Numbered from the stretch's first letter, positions 30,280 to 40,041 are shown. The stretch is 64,000 nucleotides of DNA from an uncultured Pseudomonadota bacterium (GCA_963836235.1 CAWIIP010000001.1:1-64000); one strand, 5' to 3'. Notes: a model not told the origin generated them from the letters alone. Numbers and translations are program-made.

Positions 30280-32697
30280 TTAACTATGGGAGTGCTTGTG
30301 CTTCCCAATAGGTGTGGGAGCTGGTGTGGGCACTGGCATCGGATAATCCGACGGAATGTCATGCCGGTTAGTTTCGGTGAATCCATATTTATCGGCCAAA
30401 TCTTTGCGAACCCACAACCGCATGTTGTAGCTCCCCAAATCGGACCATACTTCCCGGTATAAAAGCCAATTTTTAAGATCATTCCAATCCACCATGTCTG
30501 GTCGGGCAGGGGAAAGAGGAATAAAATTGCTGAAAAGCCACGAGAAGAATAAGGGCCCGGTGATATCGGTGGCAGGGTAACCCTTTTTAAACCAGGAGGG
30601 AACCCACCAAATACGAAGCTCATATTTACGGTTGACATAGCCCGCCTGACTCAAAATGGGATAGGCTTGGGCGTCGGATTCGGTTGCTGTCATGATAATA
30701 GGATTGTCGGCCGCTGTAATGTTTGCGGGATGGTTTCGACGGGAAAAATCACGTAGATACCACGCAAAAGGCCAGGAACATTTATCCTCAATGGTCAGGG
30801 CCAATCCATCATGCAAATCTTTTTCTGCATCAGTTACGCCGGCTGGCGCCTCGGGGTTAGGGCCGCCTGTTTCGCCATAAGAAATTTGCCGAACAACTCG
30901 CTCAACTTCTTTGCAATCTGGCCCAGATTGAACATATACGAGGGGTTCAACGGGGTTGGACTCGTGATAAAAACTCAAAAGAATGGCAGAATGGAAGGAG
31001 TAAGAAAGTAAAAGGCCAAAGGCCACCATGGCCGCGATTCGAGCGGATTTCCAGAACTGTTCCACGGGATGGGATTCTAAGATTTGGCCCATAAAGTAAG
31101 CGGTTAAAAGAAGTGCAGGCAAAAGAGGATGAAGAATAAGCCAAGGCATTTTTTCCCCTGCCCAGGAAAATAGAACCAGAGAGCCCACATACCAATAGGA
31201 CAAGAAAAGGGGAATGTTCCTTCGTTTGTAGAGGCTGTAATAAACCATTGCCACAAAGGAAAAAAGGAACGAAAGTAATTCATTGGCGGGCAATTGAACC
31301 AAGTAGTAATACCATGGTTGATCCCCGCGATGGACGTCGTGCTGTTCCCACCAGTATTCCAAACCGCCGAAAGCTCCCATATAAAGAGCATTAAAAAGTC
31401 CATGGATGCGGGACCAAAAATCAGGTTGGGAAGCGCCGACCGTAAAGAAGGTCGTAAACAATAGGGTGAAAATAATACTGCAAATGGAAAGCGATCCAGT
31501 GAGCGCGGGGACAACATTTTTAAGCCATAACCAGCAAAACCGGAAAACAATCGCCAAGTAGGCCAGCAGCATTAAAAATGAAAAAGGCATGGGGATTGTG
31601 ACGCCGAAGTGGGGAAAAACCCTAAGGATTAGCAAGGACATAACCCACCAAGCGACAAAAGCTAAAATCTCCAAACTAATTTTCTCAAAGCCAAGCCCGC
31701 AAACAATTTCCCACAAGGCGCTCTCGGCTTTGCCTTTTTTCATATTTTCCTGCCAGCGAGTGAAAAGTTGGAAAACCGTATAAAGGAAAGCCGATCCAAT
31801 CAGGAGCATGAAAACTGGCATGCGAGCGGACGTACCTTTATCGATAACTACCATCATAAGAACTCCGAATACGGTGAGGCCGCCGGCGATCAAAACGTCC
31901 AGCAAAGGCAGTAACCGAATAAACAAGTAAGTTCCGATGACAGCAACGGTCAAGAAAATAGATTCTTTTGTGCAAAAAGCGATGATAAAACCCAATGAAG
32001 CCAGCCATAGGTCCATCGGTTGGCGAGAACGGTAATATCGGAACATAAAAACAACCATTAAGAAAGTGGCCCCCGCAATGTAGGCATCCTCCCGAGTAAA
32101 GCGGTCAAAATACATGAAACTAGGGGAGAAGACGATCATGGAGGTAGCTATGAAAGAACCCCATTTTCCAAAGAAAGGTGCCAGGAACATGGCTAAGACA
32201 ACGGTCAAAATTCCAAAAGTGGCAGCTAAATACCTTGAAGTGGCATTGGAGACTCCAAAAAGATAGTACATGAAGGCATTGCCATGGAATTGAAATGGCC
32301 CGTGCATCATGGGATTGTATTCGTAGTCTCCATCCTTAAAGAGCTGATAAGAGTAAAAAGAATGCATACTTTCGTCATGGTGATGTGGTTTGTCGCCCAA
32401 ATGAGTAAAGCGGGTGTAGACCGTAATCAAAAGAAGAATGGCATAAGCTATTTCCATCCACGAGAAAGATAAACCTGCTTTGCCAAGGGAGGATGAGTTG
32501 TTTGACGAGATTTTTTCCCTTGATTCCTTGGGTTCGGATTCTTGAGATTGTTTTGTGGGTTTGGAAGGAGATGTTAATTTATTGGTAGTCTTATCCTGTT
32601 GGCCCGCGGTAGGCAATTTGGCCCCACATTGTTCGCAAAAATTGTTGGAAACGGGATTTTTCAATCCGCATTTTTCACATACCTTAATTTCGGCCAT
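30280..32697 (-). CDS. TIGR03663/Agl23-like GT-C membrane protein with an N-terminal zinc ribbon
   Basis: CEKC...CEQC, HHDESMH, YEYNPMMHGPFQFH, RFTRED, FCTKE, YWWEQHDVHRGDQPWYYY, AGEKMPWL, EPLVYVQS, WPFAWYLRDF; AAGGAG RBS before ATG 32697. Confidence 0.82.
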   Translation of the reverse strand: MAEIKVCEKCGLKNPVSNNFCEQCGAKLPTAGQQDKTTNKLTSPSKPTKQSQESEPKESREKISSNNSSSLGKAGLSFSWMEIAYAILLLITVYTRFTHLGDKPHHHDESMHSFYSYQLFKDGDYEYNPMMHGPFQFHGNAFMYYLFGVSNATSRYLAATFGILTVVLAMFLAPFFGKWGSFIATSMIVFSPSFMYFDRFTREDAYIAGATFLMVVFMFRYYRSRQPMDLWLASLGFIIAFCTKESIFLTVAVIGTYLFIRLLPLLDVLIAGGLTVFGVLMMVVIDKGTSARMPVFMLLIGSAFLYTVFQLFTRWQENMKKGKAESALWEIVCGLGFEKISLEILAFVAWWVMSLLILRVFPHFGVTIPMPFSFLMLLAYLAIVFRFCWLWLKNVVPALTGSLSICSIIFTLLFTTFFTVGASQPDFWSRIHGLFNALYMGAFGGLEYWWEQHDVHRGDQPWYYYLVQLPANELLSFLFSFVAMVYYSLYKRRNIPLFLSYWYVGSLVLFSWAGEKMPWLILHPLLPALLLTAYFMGQILESHPVEQFWKSARIAAMVAFGLLLSYSFHSAILLSFYHESNPVEPLVYVQSGPDCKEVERVVRQISYGETGGPNPEAPAGVTDAEKDLHDGLALTIEDKCSWPFAWYLRDFSRRNHPANITAADNPIIMTATESDAQAYPILSQAGYVNRKYELRIWWVPSWFKKGYPATDITGPLFFSWLFSNFIPLSPARPDMVDWNDLKNWLLYREVWSDLGSYNMRLWVRKDLADKYGFTETNRHDIPSDYPMPVPTPAPTPIGKHKHSHS

Positions 32698-32759
32698 TTG
32701 GAGCTCCTTGGGTTGATAAGGCAAACTTGAAACTATTTCTGACACAAAATTGACGTCAA

Positions 32760-32789
32760 ACTATACCCATCGGTGAAAGCTTTTGTCAA
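32760..32789 (-). promoter_or_regulatory. Sigma70-type promoter of the TIGR03663-like gene
   Basis: Minus strand TTGACA-N18-TATAGT; a perfect palindrome TTGACGTCAA (32750-32759) lies at the predicted start site. Confidence 0.55.
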
Positions 32790-33181
32790 CAAATCCACAT
32801 TTGATAGAAAATCACATTTACCTCAATTTTAAAGGGTTGCCATATCTCTTTTGCTCCATTGAAACATTGAGTGATTCATCAAATCAAAAGTCATTGTTTT
32901 GGTACTAAGTTTCGAGTCGAAAAAGGGTTACCCCAGATATTGAAAAAATAAGTATCGAAATATTAGTTTAAGTTCTAAATTTGATTTAAGACCTGAAGTT
33001 TGGGGAAAGAGAAAAATAGTTGTTTTAACGATGTTTTTTCTTTGCCATCTGTTAGAGGGCCTTGGTTTATCGAGTTGCAATTTAATATAGGGATTGATAA
33101 AATTCTAGCGCCCAGTTAAACAATGCCCAAAAAAAATATAAATCTTCTTCATAGATCTTTTTTGAAGAGAGGAGAACAGCT

Positions 33182-34165
33182 GTGAGTTCAAAACGTTTTA
33201 ATATTTTATGGGTGTTGGGAAGTTTTGTTTTATTGACTCCGATGTTGGTTTGCGCCCAGAGCGCTAATTATGCGGCGGAGGTTTTGACTAAGGGAGTCGG
33301 GGCAAGACCGTTGGCTATGGGTGGAGCTTTTGCAGCTGCAGCAAATGATGCGACGGCGGCTTATTGGAATCCGGCGGGTCTGGCTTTAATTGACGATATA
33401 GAAATTACCACAATGCATGCTACTGAGAATGGCTTGCAAAGTTACGATTTCATTAATCTTGCTTTCAATACTCAATCGGCTGGTTCCTACGCTATTAGTT
33501 ATATGAACTTGGGAGTCGGCGGGATTGTTCCAACTGATACCAGCGGCAACATCGTTGGGCCAGACCTTACCTATTCGGATCAGGCTGGTCTCATTTCCGG
33601 TGGGTGGAAGCTAGGAAAACAATTTGCCTTAGGCGGAACTATTAAATTGTTGAAAACCGACGCCGCTTCGGCTTCGGCTTTTGGTGTTGGCTCCGACCTG
33701 GGCTTTCTTTTCAAACCCATCAAAGAATTAACTTTCGGACTTGTTGCCCGGGACTATACCGGAGGAACTTATATTAAATGGTCCAATACGCCTTCTAGTC
33801 CATCTGAAGCTTTGCAACCCAGCCTTACCCTGGGTCTTTCTTATACACAAGAAATGGGAAAGCGCCAAAATCAAGGAGTTGCCCCGGTTCCGATTAGCAC
33901 TCTTTCGGTGAATTTCGACGCAAATACCCTATATGCGGGAGAATCGTTGAATGACTACCACTTTGGCGTTGAATATTGGTACCGCCAGTTTGTGGCAATT
34001 CGAGCCGGTTTTGAAACTGAAGGGTTTCAATTTAGCAGTGATTATTTTTTCCCATCCGCTGGAGTAGGCGTTTGGGCTTATTTGTTCGAAATCGATTATG
34101 CTTATGTCACTGATCCTGTCGATAACGCCGGTTTTAATTACCTCTCCTTGATCACCCGGTTGTAA
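33182..34165 (+). CDS. PorV/PorQ-family (FadL-like) outer-membrane beta-barrel
   Basis: Signal peptide, GVGARPLAMGGAFAAAANDATAAYWNPAGL plug motif, GVEYWY...IRAG, IDYAY; GAGGAG RBS. Confidence 0.8.
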   Translation: MSSKRFNILWVLGSFVLLTPMLVCAQSANYAAEVLTKGVGARPLAMGGAFAAAANDATAAYWNPAGLALIDDIEITTMHATENGLQSYDFINLAFNTQSAGSYAISYMNLGVGGIVPTDTSGNIVGPDLTYSDQAGLISGGWKLGKQFALGGTIKLLKTDAASASAFGVGSDLGFLFKPIKELTFGLVARDYTGGTYIKWSNTPSSPSEALQPSLTLGLSYTQEMGKRQNQGVAPVPISTLSVNFDANTLYAGESLNDYHFGVEYWYRQFVAIRAGFETEGFQFSSDYFFPSAGVGVWAYLFEIDYAYVTDPVDNAGFNYLSLITRL

Positions 34166-34184
34166 TTTTTTGGTTGGTTTTTCC

Positions 34185-34221
34185 AAAGAGGGGATTTTTT
34201 AAAAAAATTCCCTCTTTTTTT
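34185..34221 (+). terminator. Intrinsic terminator
   Basis: AAAGAGGGGATTTTT/AAAAATTCCCTCTTT stem followed by a T tract. Confidence 0.7.
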
Positions 34222-34283
34222 GTTTTTTGTTTATCATAATCAACACACTTGATAGCTTTTCATTTTAGGTGCCAGAGGTATCT

Positions 34284-36482
34284 ATGAAATCAGTCCGGCC
34301 TCTTTCGGTTTTTTTATTTTTTGCTTTTGGAATTTTGGTAAGACAAGCCTTCCCTTATTCCTCTTACCAAATGGCCCCATCTACAGGTGAAGATCTTCCG
34401 TTTTCCGTCCAAAGTAGAACACTTCTTAAACATATATTCGATAATCGGAATATTCTTGGAGGTCAAGTAATTGCTTTAAGGGATCAGCCTGGAAGGCAAT
34501 ATAGTGGTAACTACATTGATGTTGGCGATTTGGGAGGAGTTAAAAGAGACGATGTGTTTGCCATTTTTACCCCCAAAGGTGAACCTGTCGGTTTTATTCG
34601 TATTGTGGATTTGCAGCGGTTTACCTCTTCTTTTGAATTTATGGAACTGACCGTAGATCCGAGTAATGATTTGATTGCGAAAAAGCTCACTTCCGAAATC
34701 CAAAGTAGACTTCCCGAGAAACTTTTTGCTTATCCAAATATGAAGCATTTCCACAAACATATGTATTTTGTTTCTAAAAAGACCCCAATGTCGAATCAAA
34801 CCAATGGAAACTCTGCGGCTGCAGGCCAGTCTCCTTTACCTCCTCTGCCCAGTGAAGAAACGACCACCGCGAGTGGTTCTAGTCTACCGCCTTTGCCGGA
34901 AAGTGGAGTTGCTTCAACAGGTTCCAATATTTCATCGGCGCCTGATGCTGGCATTGCGGGTTCCACTAATGGGCTTCCTCCCTTGCCCACCGATAATTCA
35001 AGTTCGAATACCATGCCAATTGCGAATTCCGCACCTTCAAGCGGAGCATTGCCGCCTTTACCCAGTGGTCAAGATAATGGAACCGCTCCTCCACCGTTAG
35101 GCGTCGATAATTCAGCAATGCCATCCGCTGGGTCCCAAACTTTGCCTCCATTGACCAGTGATAATTCCGCTCCCCCAATGCCGAGTGTGGCTGGGAATTC
35201 AAATGTAGGATTACCTGCTCTTCCTGCCGATAATTCGGGAACCAATAACTTGCCCCCCAGTCCTGGAATGCCTTCGGATAATTCTGGTTTGCCAGCTTTA
35301 CCACCTGTCGGTGCCCCGAGTTCCAGTCTTCCGGCGCTTCCAGCAGATAATTCCAATTCGGGTGGATTGCCTCCGGTGGGACCTCCTTCTGCTCCGAGTT
35401 TGCCAGTTGATAATTCTTTACCACCTGCTCCGGGAGCCGATTCGTCTATGCCCGGTTTGCCTAGCAATTCACCCAATGCTTTGCCGGTGGCACCTGGAGG
35501 CGCATCTTCTTCGAGCGATTTATCATTGCCTCCCCTACCAGCGGGTAATCCCCCCAGTTCAGGATCTGGTGGAATTCCACCTCAATCCGAATTACCCCCC
35601 GTTTCCCCAGTTCCTTTTGCTGCAGCACCGAGCCTGCCAAGTGATTTGAGCTCCGCACCACCCGTCGCAGATAACAGCCTGCCAACCTTGCCAGCAGTGG
35701 GAGAAGTTCCACCGCCGTCAATGGCTTCTGTTCTACCGGGGTCACCCAGTGACTCAAATGGATTGCCACCGGCGCCTTTGGCTGCCGCTAGTGCCCCAGG
35801 CGACAACAATGCTCTCCCACCTTTGGATACTAGCTCCACAGGATTGCCAACAGCTCCTTTGGCCCAGCTTCCAGATTCTAGCAATTCGGTGCGGCTTTTG
35901 GACAATACTATGGCACCTCCTCCTGGCGCCGATAACACTTTGCCCCCTTTGGCCGATAATTCTTTACCACCTTCCCCCGGAACTTCTAACAATTCCTTGC
36001 CACCTTTAGACAACAATGCTGGATTACCGTCAGCTCCCATGGCTCAAATGCCGGATTCAAGCAATTCGTTGCCATCTTTGGACAATGGAATGGCTCCGCC
36101 CCCCAGTCCATCCGATAGCACGCTTCCTCCGTTAGTCGACTCTTCTTTGCCACCTGCTCCAAGTGGTATTTCATCAACACCCGCACTTCCTCCGATGGCC
36201 TCCACCGTATCTCCTGGTCCCATAGCCGATGGAAGTTTGCCTCCGGGAGGATTAGATAATTCGATGAATGCTTTACCTTCACCTGGCTCTGCCGCACCAC
36301 TGCCTATGGATCAAGCGGGTTTGCCACCAAATTTGCCCGGAGCCCCAGATTTAACGGTTCCTGCCATTGTTAGCAACAGCAATGTTTCAGCCATTTCTGC
36401 GTCCCATATAGGCGAATTGGGGCTTCCTTCCGTCCCCGCCAACGTAAAAAGTGGCTATGTGCAGGATGTTCCAACCCTTTGA
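34284..36482 (+). CDS. Secreted protein: small N-terminal beta domain plus a ~570-aa Pro/Ser-rich repetitive tail
   Basis: Signal-peptide-like N-terminus; YIDVGDLGGVKRDDVFAIF...VGFIRIV resembles a FlgT C-terminal-like fold; many LPPLP/DNS motifs; GAGGT RBS. Confidence 0.75.
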   Translation: MKSVRPLSVFLFFAFGILVRQAFPYSSYQMAPSTGEDLPFSVQSRTLLKHIFDNRNILGGQVIALRDQPGRQYSGNYIDVGDLGGVKRDDVFAIFTPKGEPVGFIRIVDLQRFTSSFEFMELTVDPSNDLIAKKLTSEIQSRLPEKLFAYPNMKHFHKHMYFVSKKTPMSNQTNGNSAAAGQSPLPPLPSEETTTASGSSLPPLPESGVASTGSNISSAPDAGIAGSTNGLPPLPTDNSSSNTMPIANSAPSSGALPPLPSGQDNGTAPPPLGVDNSAMPSAGSQTLPPLTSDNSAPPMPSVAGNSNVGLPALPADNSGTNNLPPSPGMPSDNSGLPALPPVGAPSSSLPALPADNSNSGGLPPVGPPSAPSLPVDNSLPPAPGADSSMPGLPSNSPNALPVAPGGASSSSDLSLPPLPAGNPPSSGSGGIPPQSELPPVSPVPFAAAPSLPSDLSSAPPVADNSLPTLPAVGEVPPPSMASVLPGSPSDSNGLPPAPLAAASAPGDNNALPPLDTSSTGLPTAPLAQLPDSSNSVRLLDNTMAPPPGADNTLPPLADNSLPPSPGTSNNSLPPLDNNAGLPSAPMAQMPDSSNSLPSLDNGMAPPPSPSDSTLPPLVDSSLPPAPSGISSTPALPPMASTVSPGPIADGSLPPGGLDNSMNALPSPGSAAPLPMDQAGLPPNLPGAPDLTVPAIVSNSNVSAISASHIGELGLPSVPANVKSGYVQDVPTL
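35821..36105 (+). repeat. Diverged intragenic duplication with a 180-nt (60-aa) period
   Basis: GLPTAPLAQLPDSSNSVRLLDNTMAPPP (from 35841) versus GLPSAPMAQMPDSSNSLPSLDNGMAPPP (from 36021). Confidence 0.75.
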
Positions 36483-36647
36483 AAACCAGCCTCTCGAAGA
36501 GCCTTATAATCGTCTAAGATTAGAGCGGTTTTCCATTAATCCCGGTTTGGTAAATGGCCGGTGGTGGAGCCGTTGAGGACTTTATGTCCTTAGGTAGGGG
36601 CTAGGTTTTGGCATTCCTATGACTTTCCAACTCTTGAGGTAAGTTTC

Positions 36648-37847
36648 ATGCCTGTTTTAATTCGTTATTACTTGATGGCTATTTGGCCATCTTTTTTCGT
36701 GGCTATTGGGTGTGTTTTATTTATCCTCAACTTGTTATTTTTTTTGAATGAATTTCTAAATTATTTGTTTTTATACCAAGCCGGAATAATCAACTCTTTT
36801 CGCCTGCTCCTTTATTTTCAACCCAGTCTTTTGGTTTTGGCGGTCCCGATCGGTTTTTTGATATCGTTACTAGTTGTCTATGGTCGATTGAGTGCCGATA
36901 GGGAAGTGGTTGCAGTTGAATCATGCGGGTTTTCCCCGATGATTTTAATCTGGCCCACGATTATTGTTTCGCTTTTGATGAGCCTGTTTTTGGTTTTCTT
37001 TATGGATAAAATCCTTCCCTGGGGAAATATTTCTTTTCTAAAGCTCGAATATCGGATTGCGACGGAGAGAACCGCTATTGTTGTCCGCGAAAAAACCTTC
37101 ATCAAGGATTTCGATGGTTATATTTTGTATGTTAGCGAGAAAGACGATAAAAAGGATATTTTGAAAGATGTAACCGTTTGGTTCTTGAATGAACAGAAGA
37201 TGCCTTGCCGTCTGATTCACGCCAAACAGGGGATTATTCAGCAAAACAAGGATAATTTTCATGTGATGCTGATTTTGAGTCACGGAATTATGCAACAACT
37301 GGGCGGGCCCCAAAAAGAAACGAAAAACGAGTTTTATCAAATGCAGTTCAAAAACTGTGATTTGGACTTAAGCGCAAATAAATTAAAAAACGGTCCCGGA
37401 GAATTTCGAGACGCGCGAAATATTTCCATTAAAGAATTGGCTTTTCGGATAAAGGAAGAAAAAAAAGCCAACGCCGATGCGCGGTACGATGAAGTTGAGT
37501 ATTACAAAAAATTTTCGATTCCTTTTTCGGCATTGGCCTTTGCCTTTATTGGGGTTCCTTTGGGACTTGTTTTCAGAACGGGATCCATAGCCGGGCCTTT
37601 TTTGGCCATCATTTTAGTCGCTATTTATGATGGCTTCATTATTTTTGGCCAGGATGGAGGGCCTAGGGGTATTATTTCTCCGCTTTTTGCCGCATGGCTT
37701 CCTGATTTTGTTTTGACAATCATGGGATTAATAATGGTTTATTGGCTCAATCACCGTCTTGATTTTTGGCAAAGCTTTTTTTCTATAAAGGACAAAAATA
37801 ATTCTGCTTCCATCTCGAATTTATCGAAAAAAATAGGTTCGGAATGA
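36648..37847 (+). CDS. lptF: LptF/LptG-family LPS export permease
   Basis: LIRYY..., AVPIGFLISLLVVYGRLSADREVVAVESCG, periplasmic jellyroll, KKFSIPFSALAFAFIGVPLG, AAWLPD. Confidence 0.85.
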   Translation: MPVLIRYYLMAIWPSFFVAIGCVLFILNLLFFLNEFLNYLFLYQAGIINSFRLLLYFQPSLLVLAVPIGFLISLLVVYGRLSADREVVAVESCGFSPMILIWPTIIVSLLMSLFLVFFMDKILPWGNISFLKLEYRIATERTAIVVREKTFIKDFDGYILYVSEKDDKKDILKDVTVWFLNEQKMPCRLIHAKQGIIQQNKDNFHVMLILSHGIMQQLGGPQKETKNEFYQMQFKNCDLDLSANKLKNGPGEFRDARNISIKELAFRIKEEKKANADARYDEVEYYKKFSIPFSALAFAFIGVPLGLVFRTGSIAGPFLAIILVAIYDGFIIFGQDGGPRGIISPLFAAWLPDFVLTIMGLIMVYWLNHRLDFWQSFFSIKDKNNSASISNLSKKIGSE

Positions 37848-39961
37848 AAGCGATGTCCCCATCCTTTTGCCTGATTCGCGGTTTTTTCTTCTTTCTCTTA
37901 TTTGTTATAGGTACGCCCTATGCTAATGCGGATTTATCGCTTTCCTTGGGGTCGCAAGTCCACATTCAAGCCGATACTATTGAGTTTTTGCGGGATCAAA
38001 ATCTTGTCACCGCCAAAGGCGAGGTTCACATTCAACAAAATTTAGTACATTTATATGCGGATACTATCCGATACGATACAGAAGCCCAAGAGGTTTATGC
38101 CTATGGACATGTAGTATGGCAAGATGAAAGCCAAGAGGTGGAGACACAAAGCCTGACCTACAATCTTAAAACGGGGCAGGGAAAGGCCTTTAACATCAAA
38201 ACGACCACAGCTCCTTGGATTTCTACCGGTTCCGAAATTGATATCATGCCCAACAAAATCGTTGTTAAAGATGCGGTGACGACCTCCTGCGATTATTCTG
38301 AGGGCTATCGGCATTACTATATGAAATCGGATAAGATCACCATTTATTCGGGAGATTATTTAGTGGCTGAAAATGTATTCTTGTTTATCGGGAAAGTTCC
38401 TGTTTTTTATTTTCCTTTTTTCGTGAAGACAATACATGATCTCAGGACCCCATTTTCTGTTTCGACCGGAGCTACCGATTACCTGGGGAACTATATCCTG
38501 GCGACGACTAATTATCTTTTGAATCCTAAAAGTTATGGCGCTTTTTATGCGGATTATTTCTTCCAGAAGGGGATTGGATTAGGTTTGCGGCATGAAATCG
38601 CCTTGAATGATTATTCTGCGTTGTCGCTTTACGGATATGGAATCAAAGAAAAGGATACGAAACAGTTTCGTTGGGAGGGGAGAATTAGGGGACTTTGGGC
38701 CTTTTCCTCCAATTTTCAAGGTCGCGTGGAGGCGGATTTGCCAGGAGATGGGAATTTCAGCAACGATTATTCCGTAGCCCAGAGGGATCCTAGTTTAGTT
38801 TCGACCTTTCGGGAGTACGACATATCAACAACTTACACTAATCTGAACTACACTTTAGGACTGCTCCTCAGGCGGCAGGATTTAGCGGATGGCAGTAATC
38901 CTCCCACGAGCGAGTTTAACTTCATTCGTAGCCTTGAGAATTGGCCCCAGGCCACTTTTTCGCTTTTTCCCCAATCCTTGATTGGAAAAAACTTCTTGAA
39001 ATATGATTTTAGTCTTCAGGGCGATCATACTTATACGCAAAGCAACGGATTTTATGTAACCCATTTGACTAGTGAATTGGGTGTAAGCGAAAGCGCCCTT
39101 CTCATGCAAACCCAAAATATTTTTTCACGGGTGGCTGTGGATGACGCTATACAAGATATTTCGGATGTAGGAATTACGATTGGGGCGGGAGCTGCGGGAG
39201 AAACCCACAGTATCAACATTCAAAATACTTGGACATCCCGATGGTCGGAGTACTTTAACTCCAACTTTACGTATAACTACGCACAAAAACTTAATAACCC
39301 GGCTCCATCCGATCCTCCCCGGGGGGTTACATCCAACTTGCTTTCAGGGAGGATGGAATGTGATTTGGGGACAGTTTTACGGGCGGCGACCAGCACTACT
39401 TATGATTTCAACGTCCAAGTAGGAACCGATGCATCACGTTTTGGATATTTACACCAAGAATTTTATTTGACGGCCTCCTCGCAATTTGACTACACCCTCA
39501 TCGGCGATTTTTCCATTCAGGACAATGCGCTGAAGGATTTTAACAGCATTTTAAATTTCAAAAGTCCCCAAGATATGTGGCGTTTCCGAATTTCCGGCGA
39601 TTATGTGGATCCCAATTTCACTAATACTGGCCCCGTTACAGAAGGCCTCCCGCCTACTTTTGAGATCGCGGGAGAGGTAGATTTCGCATTTTTCACGAAT
39701 TATCGGATGTCGTTGATTGAAAGTTATGATTTAACAAATGCGCAGTTTGAAACCCGAAGCGTAAGTCTTTTTCGGGATTTGCATGATTGGATGGCGGAAC
39801 TTAATTACAGCGAAGATCCGGTCCTGGGAAAAACGGTATTTTTTACCTTGAGTCTCAAGTCTTTCCCGGGACGGCCCTTGTCGGTATCCGACCAACAACT
39901 ACAAAGTTTGAATGGTTTGCGGAATCAGGGTCTGACGGGTGCGGCTAGCCAATTCCAATAA
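37844..39961 (+). CDS. lptD: LptD-like LPS assembly outer-membrane protein
   Basis: Signal peptide, OstA-like jellyroll (IQADTIEF, AKGEVHI, LYADTIRYD), TTSC, GKVPVFYFPF, RDLHDW near the C-terminus; overlaps lptF. Confidence 0.8.
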   Translation: MKAMSPSFCLIRGFFFFLLFVIGTPYANADLSLSLGSQVHIQADTIEFLRDQNLVTAKGEVHIQQNLVHLYADTIRYDTEAQEVYAYGHVVWQDESQEVETQSLTYNLKTGQGKAFNIKTTTAPWISTGSEIDIMPNKIVVKDAVTTSCDYSEGYRHYYMKSDKITIYSGDYLVAENVFLFIGKVPVFYFPFFVKTIHDLRTPFSVSTGATDYLGNYILATTNYLLNPKSYGAFYADYFFQKGIGLGLRHEIALNDYSALSLYGYGIKEKDTKQFRWEGRIRGLWAFSSNFQGRVEADLPGDGNFSNDYSVAQRDPSLVSTFREYDISTTYTNLNYTLGLLLRRQDLADGSNPPTSEFNFIRSLENWPQATFSLFPQSLIGKNFLKYDFSLQGDHTYTQSNGFYVTHLTSELGVSESALLMQTQNIFSRVAVDDAIQDISDVGITIGAGAAGETHSINIQNTWTSRWSEYFNSNFTYNYAQKLNNPAPSDPPRGVTSNLLSGRMECDLGTVLRAATSTTYDFNVQVGTDASRFGYLHQEFYLTASSQFDYTLIGDFSIQDNALKDFNSILNFKSPQDMWRFRISGDYVDPNFTNTGPVTEGLPPTFEIAGEVDFAFFTNYRMSLIESYDLTNAQFETRSVSLFRDLHDWMAELNYSEDPVLGKTVFFTLSLKSFPGRPLSVSDQQLQSLNGLRNQGLTGAASQFQ

Positions 39962-40041
39962 GTATCAAACAGAACGACACTGGAAAAAAAGGTCCTCTCT
40001 GCTTGATAATGTTTATCCTCTTTTAGAACAGAAAGTGAGTT

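Noticed and set aside
34796-36300. Gly-rich antisense ORFs over the Pro-rich gene; possible CRISPR or tandem array
   Set aside because: They are shadows of Pro/Ser codons. The repeats are degenerate at DNA level, with no identical repeat-spacer structure. No CRISPR array was seen anywhere in the window.
39962-40041. LexA/SOS box upstream of uvrA
   Set aside because: No convincing CTGT-N8-ACAG or GAAC-N4-GTTC palindrome is present.
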